Assembly: GCA_964504685.1 (NCBI GenBank)
Contig: CAZDGY010000001.1
Coordinates: forward strand, 1-34,059
Origin: an uncultured Kofleriaceae bacterium
GTDB lineage: Bacteria; Myxococcota_A; Polyangia; Haliangiales; Haliangiaceae
Direction of reading: 5' to 3'
DNA length: 34,059 nt
Each line of letters starts with the position of its first letter. Positions within the stretch are counted from its first letter, which is position 1. The notes below the pieces were generated by a model. It was not told where the DNA came from. It worked only from the letters and a program-made list of their open reading frames with translations, and did not search any database. Below are positions 25,722 to 33,314 of the stretch, in pieces. The translations under genes and the position numbers were made by a program.

Positions 25722-26408
25722 CTATTTCGCAGCCGGCTCCGGCATGATCACGGGCGCGGCGCGCGGCGGACCGAGCAATTCTTCTCGCATCGGGTAGTTC
25801 TCGGGCGAGAGCTGGTTGAGCCGGAGCTCGCACCACGCCGACCACTCGTTCGCGACCAAGGCCGTCGTCGCGTGCTGAAGGCAATGGTCGTAGTAATAAA
25901 CCGCGCGCTCCTGCAACGGCTCGGCCGCTTCGGTCATCGTGTCGCAAAACGCAGCCGCGCGATCCTCCGCGTCCGGCGTGGTGAAGACCTGATCGGGGAT
26001 CGGCTCGACGAACAGCGACGCGGCATAGTCGTCGATGATCTGGCCCATTCGCGCGTACGCCTCGATCGCGCGATCCGGCGAGACGACAGCGGCCGCTGCC
26101 ATGTACTTCGCGGTCAACGCCTGCGCGCTGGCATTCTTGCGCTGCGCCCATGCGTTCAACCACGCCGCGCTGCGCCGTCGCATCGCCGGTTCATTCGGGT
26201 TGAAGTCGAGCCCTTTCGGGATCGCGAGCGCGAAGTACGCGAGCAACTCGCGGTCGAGCGCCGCGATCGGATCCCCGTTCGGCGCACGGACTTGGCGGGT
26301 CACCCGGGCTTGACGTGTCATCGACGCAGGGCCACAGGCCTTTGGCACGCCCCCGGGATTCGCACTCGCGGTCGCGGTCATGGCAGCGAGCAGCGCCAGA
26401 GATCTCAT
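25722..26408 (-). CDS. Secreted four-Cys protein, paralog 3 (more divergent) of an unassigned family
   Basis: Signal peptide MRSLALLAAMTATASA. It retains ALDRELLAYFALAIPKGLDFNP, ARMGQ, FCDTMTEAAEP, YDHC and NEWSAWCELR, and has a Pro-rich C-terminal tail. Confidence 0.7.
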   Translation of the reverse strand: MRSLALLAAMTATASANPGGVPKACGPASMTRQARVTRQVRAPNGDPIAALDRELLAYFALAIPKGLDFNPNEPAMRRRSAAWLNAWAQRKNASAQALTAKYMAAAAVVSPDRAIEAYARMGQIIDDYAASLFVEPIPDQVFTTPDAEDRAAAFCDTMTEAAEPLQERAVYYYDHCLQHATTALVANEWSAWCELRLNQLSPENYPMREELLGPPRAAPVIMPEPAAK

Positions 26409-26478
26409 GCCATCACGACACGTTCGGGGTCGATTGGTTGCGGGAGCTGGGGCCCACTCGTCGGGATCCCGCTGGCGT

Positions 26479-26496
26479 CGTCACCGTCCCGACACA
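26479..26496 (+). promoter_or_regulatory. Pho-box-like direct repeat upstream of pstS
   Basis: CGTCACC-GTCC-CGACACA (7-4-7). A further in-phase half-site-like TGCCACC lies at 26512-26518, 33 nt from the first half-site. The pstS ATG is at 26541. Confidence 0.55.
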
Positions 26497-26540
26497 TTCG
26501 GGCCGCCGAGGTGCCACCGTCGGTGACTACGGTCGGGGCA

Positions 26541-27638
26541 ATGAAGACCTCGATGCATTTCCTGATCGGCGCGTTTGCGATCGCGGCGCTGTCGACCTCG
26601 TGCAAGAAGAAGGCGGACGACGGCGGCGGCAACGCCAAGACCATCGAAAGCACCGGAGACAAGAAAGCCGGCGACAAGCCGACCGGCGGCTCGGTGACGC
26701 TCAACGGCAGCGGGTCGACGTTTCAAAAATCGTTCGACGAGGTGTGCATCGAAGCGTTCACGAAGGCGAACGCCGGCACTCAGATCAACTACGCGGGAGG
26801 CGGTTCCGGCAAGGGCCGCAAGGACCTCGGCGACATGGTCGTCGACTTTGCCGGCTCGGACTCGCCGTTCAAGGACGAAGAGGCCAAGAACGCGAAGGGC
26901 GGCGACCTGCTGTACTTCCCGGTCCTGCTCGGCGCCGTGACGATCAGCTACAACCTCGACGGCGTCGACAAGCTGCAGCTATCGGGCGAGACCGCGGCGA
27001 AGATCTTTCAGCGCGATATCAAGAAGTGGAACGACCCGGCGATCACTGCGGATAACCCGGGCGTCAAGCTGCCGGACACCGACATCGTCGTCGCGCACCG
27101 CGGCGATGGCTCGGGCACGACCGACATCTTCACGAAGTTCCTCGACGGCGGCTCGAACGGCACGTGGAAGCTCAAGAGCGGCTCGACCGTCGAATGGCCG
27201 ACCGACACGCAAGCGGGCCAGGGCAACGGCGGCGTCGCACAGATCGTCAAGAGCACGGCGGGCGCGGTCGGTTACGTCGACCTGTCCGATGCGAAGCAGA
27301 CCGGGCTGCACTACGCCGCGGTGAAGAACGGCGCCGGCAAGTTCGTCGAGGCGAACGCGGCCTCGGTCTCGGCCGCCGGCGAAGGCATCGACGTCAAGGA
27401 CAACCTGACGTTCAGCGCGGTCAACGCGAAGGGTGACGCGGCGTACCCGGTCACCGGTCAGACCTGGATCGTCGTCTACGCGAAGCAGACCGACAAGGCC
27501 AAGGGCGAGGCGATCAAGAGCTTCCTCAAGTTCGTGCTCACCGATGGTCAGAAGCTCGCGACCGACGTCGACTACGCGCCGCTGCCGAAACCGCTCGCGG
27601 ACAAGGCGATCGCGCAGCTGGACAAGATCAAGACCTGA
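26541..27638 (+). CDS. pstS: Phosphate ABC transporter substrate-binding lipoprotein
   Basis: Trimmed to the ATG at 26541 (MKTSMHFLIGAFAIAALSTSC, lipobox). PstS motifs: LNGSGSTFQ, INYAGGGSGKG, FAGSDSPF, VAHRGDGSGTT. The upstream 223 codons of the track ORF are an artefact that overlaps paralog 3. Confidence 0.9.
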   Translation: MKTSMHFLIGAFAIAALSTSCKKKADDGGGNAKTIESTGDKKAGDKPTGGSVTLNGSGSTFQKSFDEVCIEAFTKANAGTQINYAGGGSGKGRKDLGDMVVDFAGSDSPFKDEEAKNAKGGDLLYFPVLLGAVTISYNLDGVDKLQLSGETAAKIFQRDIKKWNDPAITADNPGVKLPDTDIVVAHRGDGSGTTDIFTKFLDGGSNGTWKLKSGSTVEWPTDTQAGQGNGGVAQIVKSTAGAVGYVDLSDAKQTGLHYAAVKNGAGKFVEANAASVSAAGEGIDVKDNLTFSAVNAKGDAAYPVTGQTWIVVYAKQTDKAKGEAIKSFLKFVLTDGQKLATDVDYAPLPKPLADKAIAQLDKIKT

Positions 27639-27645
27639 GGCACCA

Positions 27646-28593
27646 GTGGCCGGCATCGACCTACGTAGCAAAGGCGACCGCGCGGATCGAACGTTCCGCT
27701 GGCTCGCGATCGGCGCGGCGGCGCTCGTGTTGCTCGTGCTCGGGTTGATCGCGCTGACGATGTCGACCCGATCGACCGCCGTCCTCGAGAAGATGGGGTT
27801 GGGATTCTTCACGTCGGACCGCTGGGTCGCGAACGACAACGATCCGAGCCAAGCGCTCTACGGTGCGTTGCCGTTCATCTGGGGCACGCTGTACACCGCG
27901 ACGATCGCGGTCATCCTCGCGGTGCCGATCAGCCTCGGTATCGCGCTGTTCATCACCCAGGTCGCGCCCGCGAAGTTGCGCCGCCCGCTCGTCTACTTCG
28001 TCGATCTGCTCGCGGTCGTGCCGTCGGTCGTCTACGGCCTATGGGGCGTGCTCGTGCTCGCGCCGAAGATCAAGGGCGTCTACGACTCGATCCACAACGC
28101 GGTCGATGGCATCCCGGTGCTGCAATCGATCTTCGGCTCGGCTTCGGCCGGCAAGTCGTTCATGACCGCGGGCGTGATCCTAGCGATCATGATCATCCCG
28201 ATCATCACGTCGCTCGCGCGCGAGGTGATCGAGACGACGCCGCCGGGCGAGAAGGAAGCAGCGCTCGCGCTTGGAGCGACGCGCTGGGAGATGATCCGAA
28301 CGTCCGTGCTGCCGCACAGCCGCGTCGGTTTGGTCGGCGCCGTGATGCTCGGCCTCGGCCGCGCGATGGGCGAGACGATCGCCGCGACGCTCGTGATCGG
28401 CGGCTCGGCCGCAGTCACGACCAACCTGTTCGGCTCCGGCAACTCGATGCCCGCGATCATCGCGAGCGAATGGGGCGAAGCCGGCGACCTCCACAAGTCG
28501 GCGCTGATCGCGCTCGCGATGACGCTGTTCCTGATCACGATCGCGGTGAACCTGATCGCGACGCGGATCGTCGGCGCGAAGAGGATCGCATGA
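27646..28593 (+). CDS. pstC: Phosphate ABC transporter permease PstC
   Basis: GTG at 27646, 7 nt after the pstS stop. Multi-TM protein with the EAA-type loop EAALALGATRWEMIRTSVLP. Confidence 0.88.
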   Translation: MAGIDLRSKGDRADRTFRWLAIGAAALVLLVLGLIALTMSTRSTAVLEKMGLGFFTSDRWVANDNDPSQALYGALPFIWGTLYTATIAVILAVPISLGIALFITQVAPAKLRRPLVYFVDLLAVVPSVVYGLWGVLVLAPKIKGVYDSIHNAVDGIPVLQSIFGSASAGKSFMTAGVILAIMIIPIITSLAREVIETTPPGEKEAALALGATRWEMIRTSVLPHSRVGLVGAVMLGLGRAMGETIAATLVIGGSAAVTTNLFGSGNSMPAIIASEWGEAGDLHKSALIALAMTLFLITIAVNLIATRIVGAKRIA

Positions 28594-29612
28594 TCGAGCC
28601 ACCTGTCGCGATCGACCTTCGGGCGCGCCCGAGCTGGCGCCACGTCAAGAGCAACATCTTCACCGGCTTGATGCTCGCCGCGCTGCTGCTCGTCGCGATC
28701 CCGCTCGTCTTCGTGTTGGCATCGGTAATCGATAAGGGGGCGGGCTCGGCGTTCAAGGACGCACCGCTCACGCCGATCCCACTCGTCATCGGCTTGGGGA
28801 TTTTACTGTTCCGCGGCATCAAGTCGCGCGTCGGGTTGGTGGTCACCGGCATCGGGCTCGTCATCGTTATCGTTTGCGTCGCGACGGATTCGACCGTCTT
28901 GCCCGCGTTCTTCACCGCCGCGATCCCGAAGGTCTCGTTCCGGCCAGGACCCGGCATGGGGCCGGCGATCGTCGGCACGTTACTCGTCACCGGCGGCGCG
29001 ACCCTGATCGCGGTCCCGCTCGGCATTCTCGGAGCGGTGTATCTCCACGAGTACGGCGGCCGATCGGCGTTCGCGCGTCTCGTCAGGTTCATGGCGGTCG
29101 TGATGACCGGCGTGCCTTCGGTCGTGATGGGGTTGTTCGTCTACATCACGTGGACGCTCAACTTCGGCTACTCCGCGTTCGGGGGCGCGCTAGCGCTCGC
29201 GTGCTTGATGCTGCCGGTCGTGATCGGCACGACCGAACAGATGCTGAAGCTCGTGCCGAATCATCTGCGCGAGGCGTCGTATGCGCTCGGCGCTAGCAAG
29301 GCGCGCACGATCCTCACCGTCGTGTTGCCCGCAGGTCTTCCCGGCATCGTCTCGGGCTGCTTGCTCGCGGTCGCGCGCGCTGCAGGTGAGACCGCCCCGC
29401 TGCTGTTCACGGTCGGCGCGTCGACCGCCTACAACTTGCACTTCTTCGACGGCGCGAACAACGCACTGCCGCCGCAGATCTTCGAGAACGCAAAGGCTGC
29501 CGCGGTCGCTCAGAACGATCGCGCCTGGGGTGCGGCGCTCACGCTCATTCTCCTGACGTTCTTGATCACGTTGATCGCGCGCATCGTCACGGCGCGGTTT
29601 GCGAAGAGGTAG
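28590..29612 (+). CDS. pstA: Phosphate ABC transporter permease PstA (with extra hydrophobic insertion after TM1)
   Basis: The ATG at 28590 overlaps the pstC stop (ATGA). EAA loop [20 protein letters not shown], plus the conserved [22 protein letters not shown] segment. Confidence 0.88.
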   Translation: MIEPPVAIDLRARPSWRHVKSNIFTGLMLAALLLVAIPLVFVLASVIDKGAGSAFKDAPLTPIPLVIGLGILLFRGIKSRVGLVVTGIGLVIVIVCVATDSTVLPAFFTAAIPKVSFRPGPGMGPAIVGTLLVTGGATLIAVPLGILGAVYLHEYGGRSAFARLVRFMAVVMTGVPSVVMGLFVYITWTLNFGYSAFGGALALACLMLPVVIGTTEQMLKLVPNHLREASYALGASKARTILTVVLPAGLPGIVSGCLLAVARAAGETAPLLFTVGASTAYNLHFFDGANNALPPQIFENAKAAAVAQNDRAWGAALTLILLTFLITLIARIVTARFAKR

Positions 29613-29635
29613 CTCAGTTGCCAACCGAGGATCCC

Positions 29636-30538
29636 ATGGTCGTAGAACAAACCCGCACGAGCGAAGACAAGCCCCGCCCCGCGGCGGCGAGCCCGCGTTC
29701 GAACCCGGTCCAGGTACCAGAGGTCCGCGCGAGCATGGTCGCGATCCTCGACTCCGCGCCGGCGGTGTTCGACGTCAACGGGCTCGAGGTGTTCTACGGC
29801 GCGTACCGCGCGGTCCGCGACGTCACGCTGCAGGTGCGCAAGAACCAGATCACCGCGTTCATCGGACCGTCGGGCTGTGGCAAGACGACCGTGCTGCGCT
29901 GCTTCAACCGGATGAACGATCTGGTCCAGGGCGCGCGCGTCGCCGGCAGCGTCAAGTATCACGGCACCGAGCTCTACGGCCCTGACGTCTCGGCGACCGA
30001 AGTTCGCCGGCGCATCGGCATGGTGTTTCAGAAGCCGAACCCGTTTCCGAAGAGCATCTACGACAACATCGCGTTCGGCCCGCGGATCAATGGCGTCACC
30101 GATCGCAGCAAGCTCGACGAGATCGTCGAGAAGTCGCTGCGCGCCGCCGCGCTGTGGGACGAGGTCAAGGATCGGCTGAAGAGCTCGGCGGTCGGCATGT
30201 CGGGCGGCCAGCAGCAACGGTTGTGCATCGCTCGCACGATCGCGGTCGAGCCCGAAGTGGTGCTGATGGACGAGCCGTGCAGCGCGCTCGATCCGATCGC
30301 GACCGCACGGGTCGAAGACTTGATGCGCGCGCTCAAGAGCCGGTTCACGATCGTGATCGTCACGCACAACATGCAGCAAGCGGCACGCGTCAGCGATCGC
30401 ACCGCGTTCTTCACTGCCGAGGTGTCGAAGACCGAGCAGCGGTGCGGTGTGCTCGTCGAATACGATCACACGTCGAAGATCTTCTCGAATCCCAAAGACG
30501 AACGGACCGAGAACTACATCACCGGCCGCTTCGGCTGA
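29636..30538 (+). CDS. pstB: Phosphate ABC transporter ATP-binding protein
   Basis: Walker [10 protein letters not shown], signature MSGGQQQRL, Walker B VVLMDEP, H-loop VTHNMQQA. I prefer the ATG at 29636 (GAGGA 5 nt upstream). The track start is a TTG at 29618, and an internal ATG at 29735 is also possible. Confidence 0.9.
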   Translation: MVVEQTRTSEDKPRPAAASPRSNPVQVPEVRASMVAILDSAPAVFDVNGLEVFYGAYRAVRDVTLQVRKNQITAFIGPSGCGKTTVLRCFNRMNDLVQGARVAGSVKYHGTELYGPDVSATEVRRRIGMVFQKPNPFPKSIYDNIAFGPRINGVTDRSKLDEIVEKSLRAAALWDEVKDRLKSSAVGMSGGQQQRLCIARTIAVEPEVVLMDEPCSALDPIATARVEDLMRALKSRFTIVIVTHNMQQAARVSDRTAFFTAEVSKTEQRCGVLVEYDHTSKIFSNPKDERTENYITGRFG

Positions 30539-31299
30539 GCTGACGCGAAGTCCGCGATCGCGGGCGCGAAGAACGACGAGTCGACTGGGCGCAGCTCGCA
30601 ACTCGGCAAGTGCGCGCGGTAGACCTCGGCGACCTCGACCGGGTGCGTCGCATCGACACCGGGCACGACCAAGGCCGGCACCGTGATCGCCGCGAGCTCG
30701 CTGTTGCGCTCGAACGGCTGCACCGCGGAGGCCATGAACTTCGTGCTCGCCGCGACGCTCGCAGGGTCGCAGACCGAAAACGAGGCGCGCGCTCGCTCGC
30801 GCAGACTCGCCGGTAGCGTGTCGGCGAGCGGATAGAGCACGGAGACACCTTCGGCCGGTGCGCGGCTGCCGAGCGCGTCCATCGCGTTCATCGCCGCGTG
30901 TTGCGTTGGCGACATGCCGAGCTCGCTGCCGCCGAACGCCGGGTGGAGCAGCACGAGCCCCGCGACGAGCTCCGGATGGCGCAGCGCCGTGCGAATCGCG
31001 ACGCCACCACCGAACGACACGCCGCCGATGATCGCGCGCGCGATGCCGAGCCGAGCGCAAAGCGCCGCAACGTCGTCGGCAAACAAATCCCACGTCAGCT
31101 CGCCGGCGAAGTGCGACGCACCCGAGCCGCGCAGGTCGGGCGTGACGAGCCGAAACCTGTCGGCGAGCGGCGCCGCCCACAGCCGAACGCCGCGGTGGTT
31201 CGAAAGGCCGCCGTGCAGCAACACGATCGGCGCGCCCTCGCCGGCTTCGACCGCAAAGAGCGAGCTGCCAGCGTGCTCGAAGTGGATCTCGGTCGTCAT
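30514..31299 (-). CDS. Alpha/beta-fold hydrolase
   Basis: Trimmed to the ATG at 31299 ([31 protein letters not shown]). HGG oxyanion motif, nucleophile elbow GVSFGG, and a late His (DATHP). AGGAGAGG SD-like sequence upstream. The 3' end overlaps the pstB 3' end by 25 nt (convergent). Confidence 0.8.
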   Translation of the reverse strand: MTTEIHFEHAGSSLFAVEAGEGAPIVLLHGGLSNHRGVRLWAAPLADRFRLVTPDLRGSGASHFAGELTWDLFADDVAALCARLGIARAIIGGVSFGGGVAIRTALRHPELVAGLVLLHPAFGGSELGMSPTQHAAMNAMDALGSRAPAEGVSVLYPLADTLPASLRERARASFSVCDPASVAASTKFMASAVQPFERNSELAAITVPALVVPGVDATHPVEVAEVYRAHLPSCELRPVDSSFFAPAIADFASAQPKRPVM

Positions 31300-31316
31300 G
31301 TGCCTCTCCTGCTCCG

Positions 31317-31347
31317 AAACGGAAAACGCCAGCCGGAGTGGCTGGCG
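31317..31347 (-). terminator. Intrinsic-terminator-like hairpin (minus strand) between the small lipoprotein gene and the hydrolase gene
   Basis: Perfect 8-bp GC-rich stem (CGCCAGCC/GGCTGGCG) with a 5-nt loop at 31327-31347. On the minus strand it is followed by TTTTCCGTTT. It lies 50 nt after the lipoprotein stop. Confidence 0.55.
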
Positions 31348-31369
31348 CTTGCCTAGTGTTACCAAATCG
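31346..31369 (-). promoter_or_regulatory. Conserved 24-nt box, copy 1 (minus-strand reading CGATTTGGTAACAnnAGGCAAGCG)
   Basis: 22 of 24 nt are identical to 31680-31703. It lies 46 nt upstream of the hydrolase ATG on the minus strand. Confidence 0.45.
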
Positions 31370-31396
31370 CCTGTAGGCCTGGCAACCGGCGTGACG

Positions 31397-31639
31397 CTAA
31401 TGACGCAGCGCCTTGGCGCAGCCATCGATCTCGGCGTCATTCTTCGCGGAGAGCAAGCAGTCGAGGGTCGCGTCCGGCCAGGTCGTACACGACGCGAGCA
31501 CGCGCTTGCGGTCGCTGTCCGGCATCCTCGCCGTGGACACCGCCGCGAGGTGATCGGCGGCCTCATTGCAGCGCTCGGCGCGCGATGGCGGCTTTTTCGC
31601 ACAGCCCGCGATCAACAAGACGACGATCCATCGCTTCAT
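31397..31639 (-). CDS. Small Cys-rich lipoprotein (80 aa)
   Basis: Trimmed to the ATG at 31639 (MKRWIVVLLIAGC, lipobox). Four further Cys in a helical-looking 60-aa body. The upstream part of track ORF 31397..31876 looks non-coding. Confidence 0.55.
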   Translation of the reverse strand: MKRWIVVLLIAGCAKKPPSRAERCNEAADHLAAVSTARMPDSDRKRVLASCTTWPDATLDCLLSAKNDAEIDGCAKALRH

Positions 31640-31679
31640 GGTCACGACGTTAGCGCGAGTCAGCTGCAACGCCAGCGGT

Positions 31680-31703
31680 CGCTTGCCTGCTGTTACCAAA
31701 TCG
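31680..31703 (-). promoter_or_regulatory. Conserved 24-nt box, copy 2
   Basis: The same box as 31346-31369, 40 nt upstream of the small lipoprotein ATG (minus strand). It sits inside the 160-bp divergent intergenic region shared with the VWA gene. Confidence 0.45.
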
Positions 31704-31799
31704 TCAACGTGTAAGCGGCGCGCTCGGCCGGCGTTCAATGGCGGTCTGGCGGCCGCCGCGTCGATCTCGGCGCGGCACGGCCACCGTTGGAGGTCCGCT

Positions 31800-33314
31800 A
31801 TGCGCCGACTGTTATTCGCTTGCGCTCTCGTCGCCTGTGGCGAGGGGCATATGTACAGTGCTCGCCCATTCGTCACCGCCGCCGGCGATCCGTCTACCGG
31901 CGAGGCCTATCACGATTGGGGCAAGAACCCGTGGATGGAGACCCGCGTCGATCACCTGTCGACGTTCGCGGCCGACGTCGACACCGCGTCGTATACGCTC
32001 GCGCGGCGCAAGCTCGAGAGTGGCGAGCTGCCCGCGACCGCCGCCGTGCGCGTCGAAGAGTGGGTGAACTACTTCGGGTACGCGTTGCCGCAGCCAAGCG
32101 CGGGCTCGCCGTTCGGGGTCGTGATGGATGCGGCACCATCGCCGTTCGATCCCAGCCGCTACGTGCTCCGCGTCGCGGTCGGCACCGAGCACCAAACCGC
32201 CGAGCAGCGGCGACCGGCAAATCTCGTGTTCCTCGTCGACACGTCGGGTTCGATGAACGCGCCCGACCGGTTCCCGCTCGTCCAGAAGTCGCTCCACATC
32301 CTGCTCGATCATCTGACCGAGCGCGACACCGTGGCGCTCGCGACCTATGCGGGGACGTCGCGCCTCGTGCTGCCGGCGACGAGCATGCGCGATAAGGCGA
32401 AGATCGAGCACGCGCTCGACGAGCTACACGCGGAGGGCAGCACGGCGATGGCCGGTGGCATCGACGTCGCGTACGCCCAAGCGATGAAGGGCCTCGCGCC
32501 CGGCGTGATCTCTCGCGTCATCGTCTGCACCGACGGCGACGCGAACGTCGGGCCGCACTCGTATCAAGAGATGCTCGCGTTGATCGCGGAGCGCGCGAAG
32601 CAAGGCGTCTCGCTATCGACGATCGGCTTTGGCGTCGGCAACTACAAAGACGAGACACTCGAGCAACTCGCCGACAAGGGCAACGGGAACAACTACTACA
32701 TCGACAACGAGCAGCAGGCAGAGCGCGTGTTCGGCGAGCAACTCGAATCGACGATCGAAGTCGTCGCGAAAGACGTCAAGCTCCAGGTCGACTTCGATCC
32801 GACCCAGGTCGCGCGCTATCGCTTGATCGGCTACGAGAATCGCGACCTCGCGGACAAAGACTTCCGCAACGACAAGGTCTCCGCCGGCCAAGTCGGCCCC
32901 GGCCACGAAGTCACCGCGCTGTACGAGGTCGAGCTGCAACCGAACGCGCACGGCGCACTCGGGCTCGTGCGGATCCGCCACAAGGCGCCCGCAGGTAACG
33001 AATCGGACGGCTGCCGCTCGCCCGCGGCCGGCAGCGCCGCCGAAGCGCGGTGCGGATCGATCGAATCGAAGTTCCCGATGGCGGCTCCGCCAGCACCGAC
33101 GTTCGCGCAAGCCTCGCCCGATCTGCAGTTCGCGTTTGCGGTCGCCGCGTTCGCCGACGTGCTGCGCGATGGCCCGGACGCGAAGACGTGGTCGCTCGAT
33201 GCGATTCGCACGATCGCCGCGGCGGCGGCGGGCGCGGATCACGATCGCAGCGAGCTCGTGTCGCTGATCGATCGCGCCCGCCAGCTGCGCGGCGGCACCA
33301 AGGTCGCGCGCTAA
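31800..33314 (+). CDS. YfbK-like VWA domain lipoprotein (vWA N-terminal + VWA + DUF3520-like C-terminal region)
   Basis: Trimmed to the ATG at 31800 (MRRLLFACALVACG), with GGAGG 6 nt upstream. LSTFAADVDTASYTLARRKLESGELP..VRVEEWVNYFGY is the typical YfbK N-terminal module. MIDAS motif DTSGSM, then YRLIGYENR and ALYEVEL in the C-terminal module. Confidence 0.85.
   Translation: MRRLLFACALVACGEGHMYSARPFVTAAGDPSTGEAYHDWGKNPWMETRVDHLSTFAADVDTASYTLARRKLESGELPATAAVRVEEWVNYFGYALPQPSAGSPFGVVMDAAPSPFDPSRYVLRVAVGTEHQTAEQRRPANLVFLVDTSGSMNAPDRFPLVQKSLHILLDHLTERDTVALATYAGTSRLVLPATSMRDKAKIEHALDELHAEGSTAMAGGIDVAYAQAMKGLAPGVISRVIVCTDGDANVGPHSYQEMLALIAERAKQGVSLSTIGFGVGNYKDETLEQLADKGNGNNYYIDNEQQAERVFGEQLESTIEVVAKDVKLQVDFDPTQVARYRLIGYENRDLADKDFRNDKVSAGQVGPGHEVTALYEVELQPNAHGALGLVRIRHKAPAGNESDGCRSPAAGSAAEARCGSIESKFPMAAPPAPTFAQASPDLQFAFAVAAFADVLRDGPDAKTWSLDAIRTIAAAAAGADHDRSELVSLIDRARQLRGGTKVAR

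Noticed and set aside
29510-31180. 556-aa minus-strand ORF spanning pstB and the hydrolase gene
   Set aside because: It is antisense to pstB, which has complete Walker/ABC motifs, and out of frame with the hydrolase. The composition is Arg/Ala/Gly-dominated.
31346-31703. Reading the repeated box (TGGTAACAnnAGGCAAG on the minus strand) as a sigma-54 -24/-12 promoter
   Set aside because: The GG and GC dinucleotides are separated by 9 nt, not the 10 nt fixed in TGGCAC-N5-TTGC. The -12 region reads GGCAAG rather than TTGC(A/T). A sigma-54 call is therefore not supported. No enhancer-binding protein is encoded nearby.
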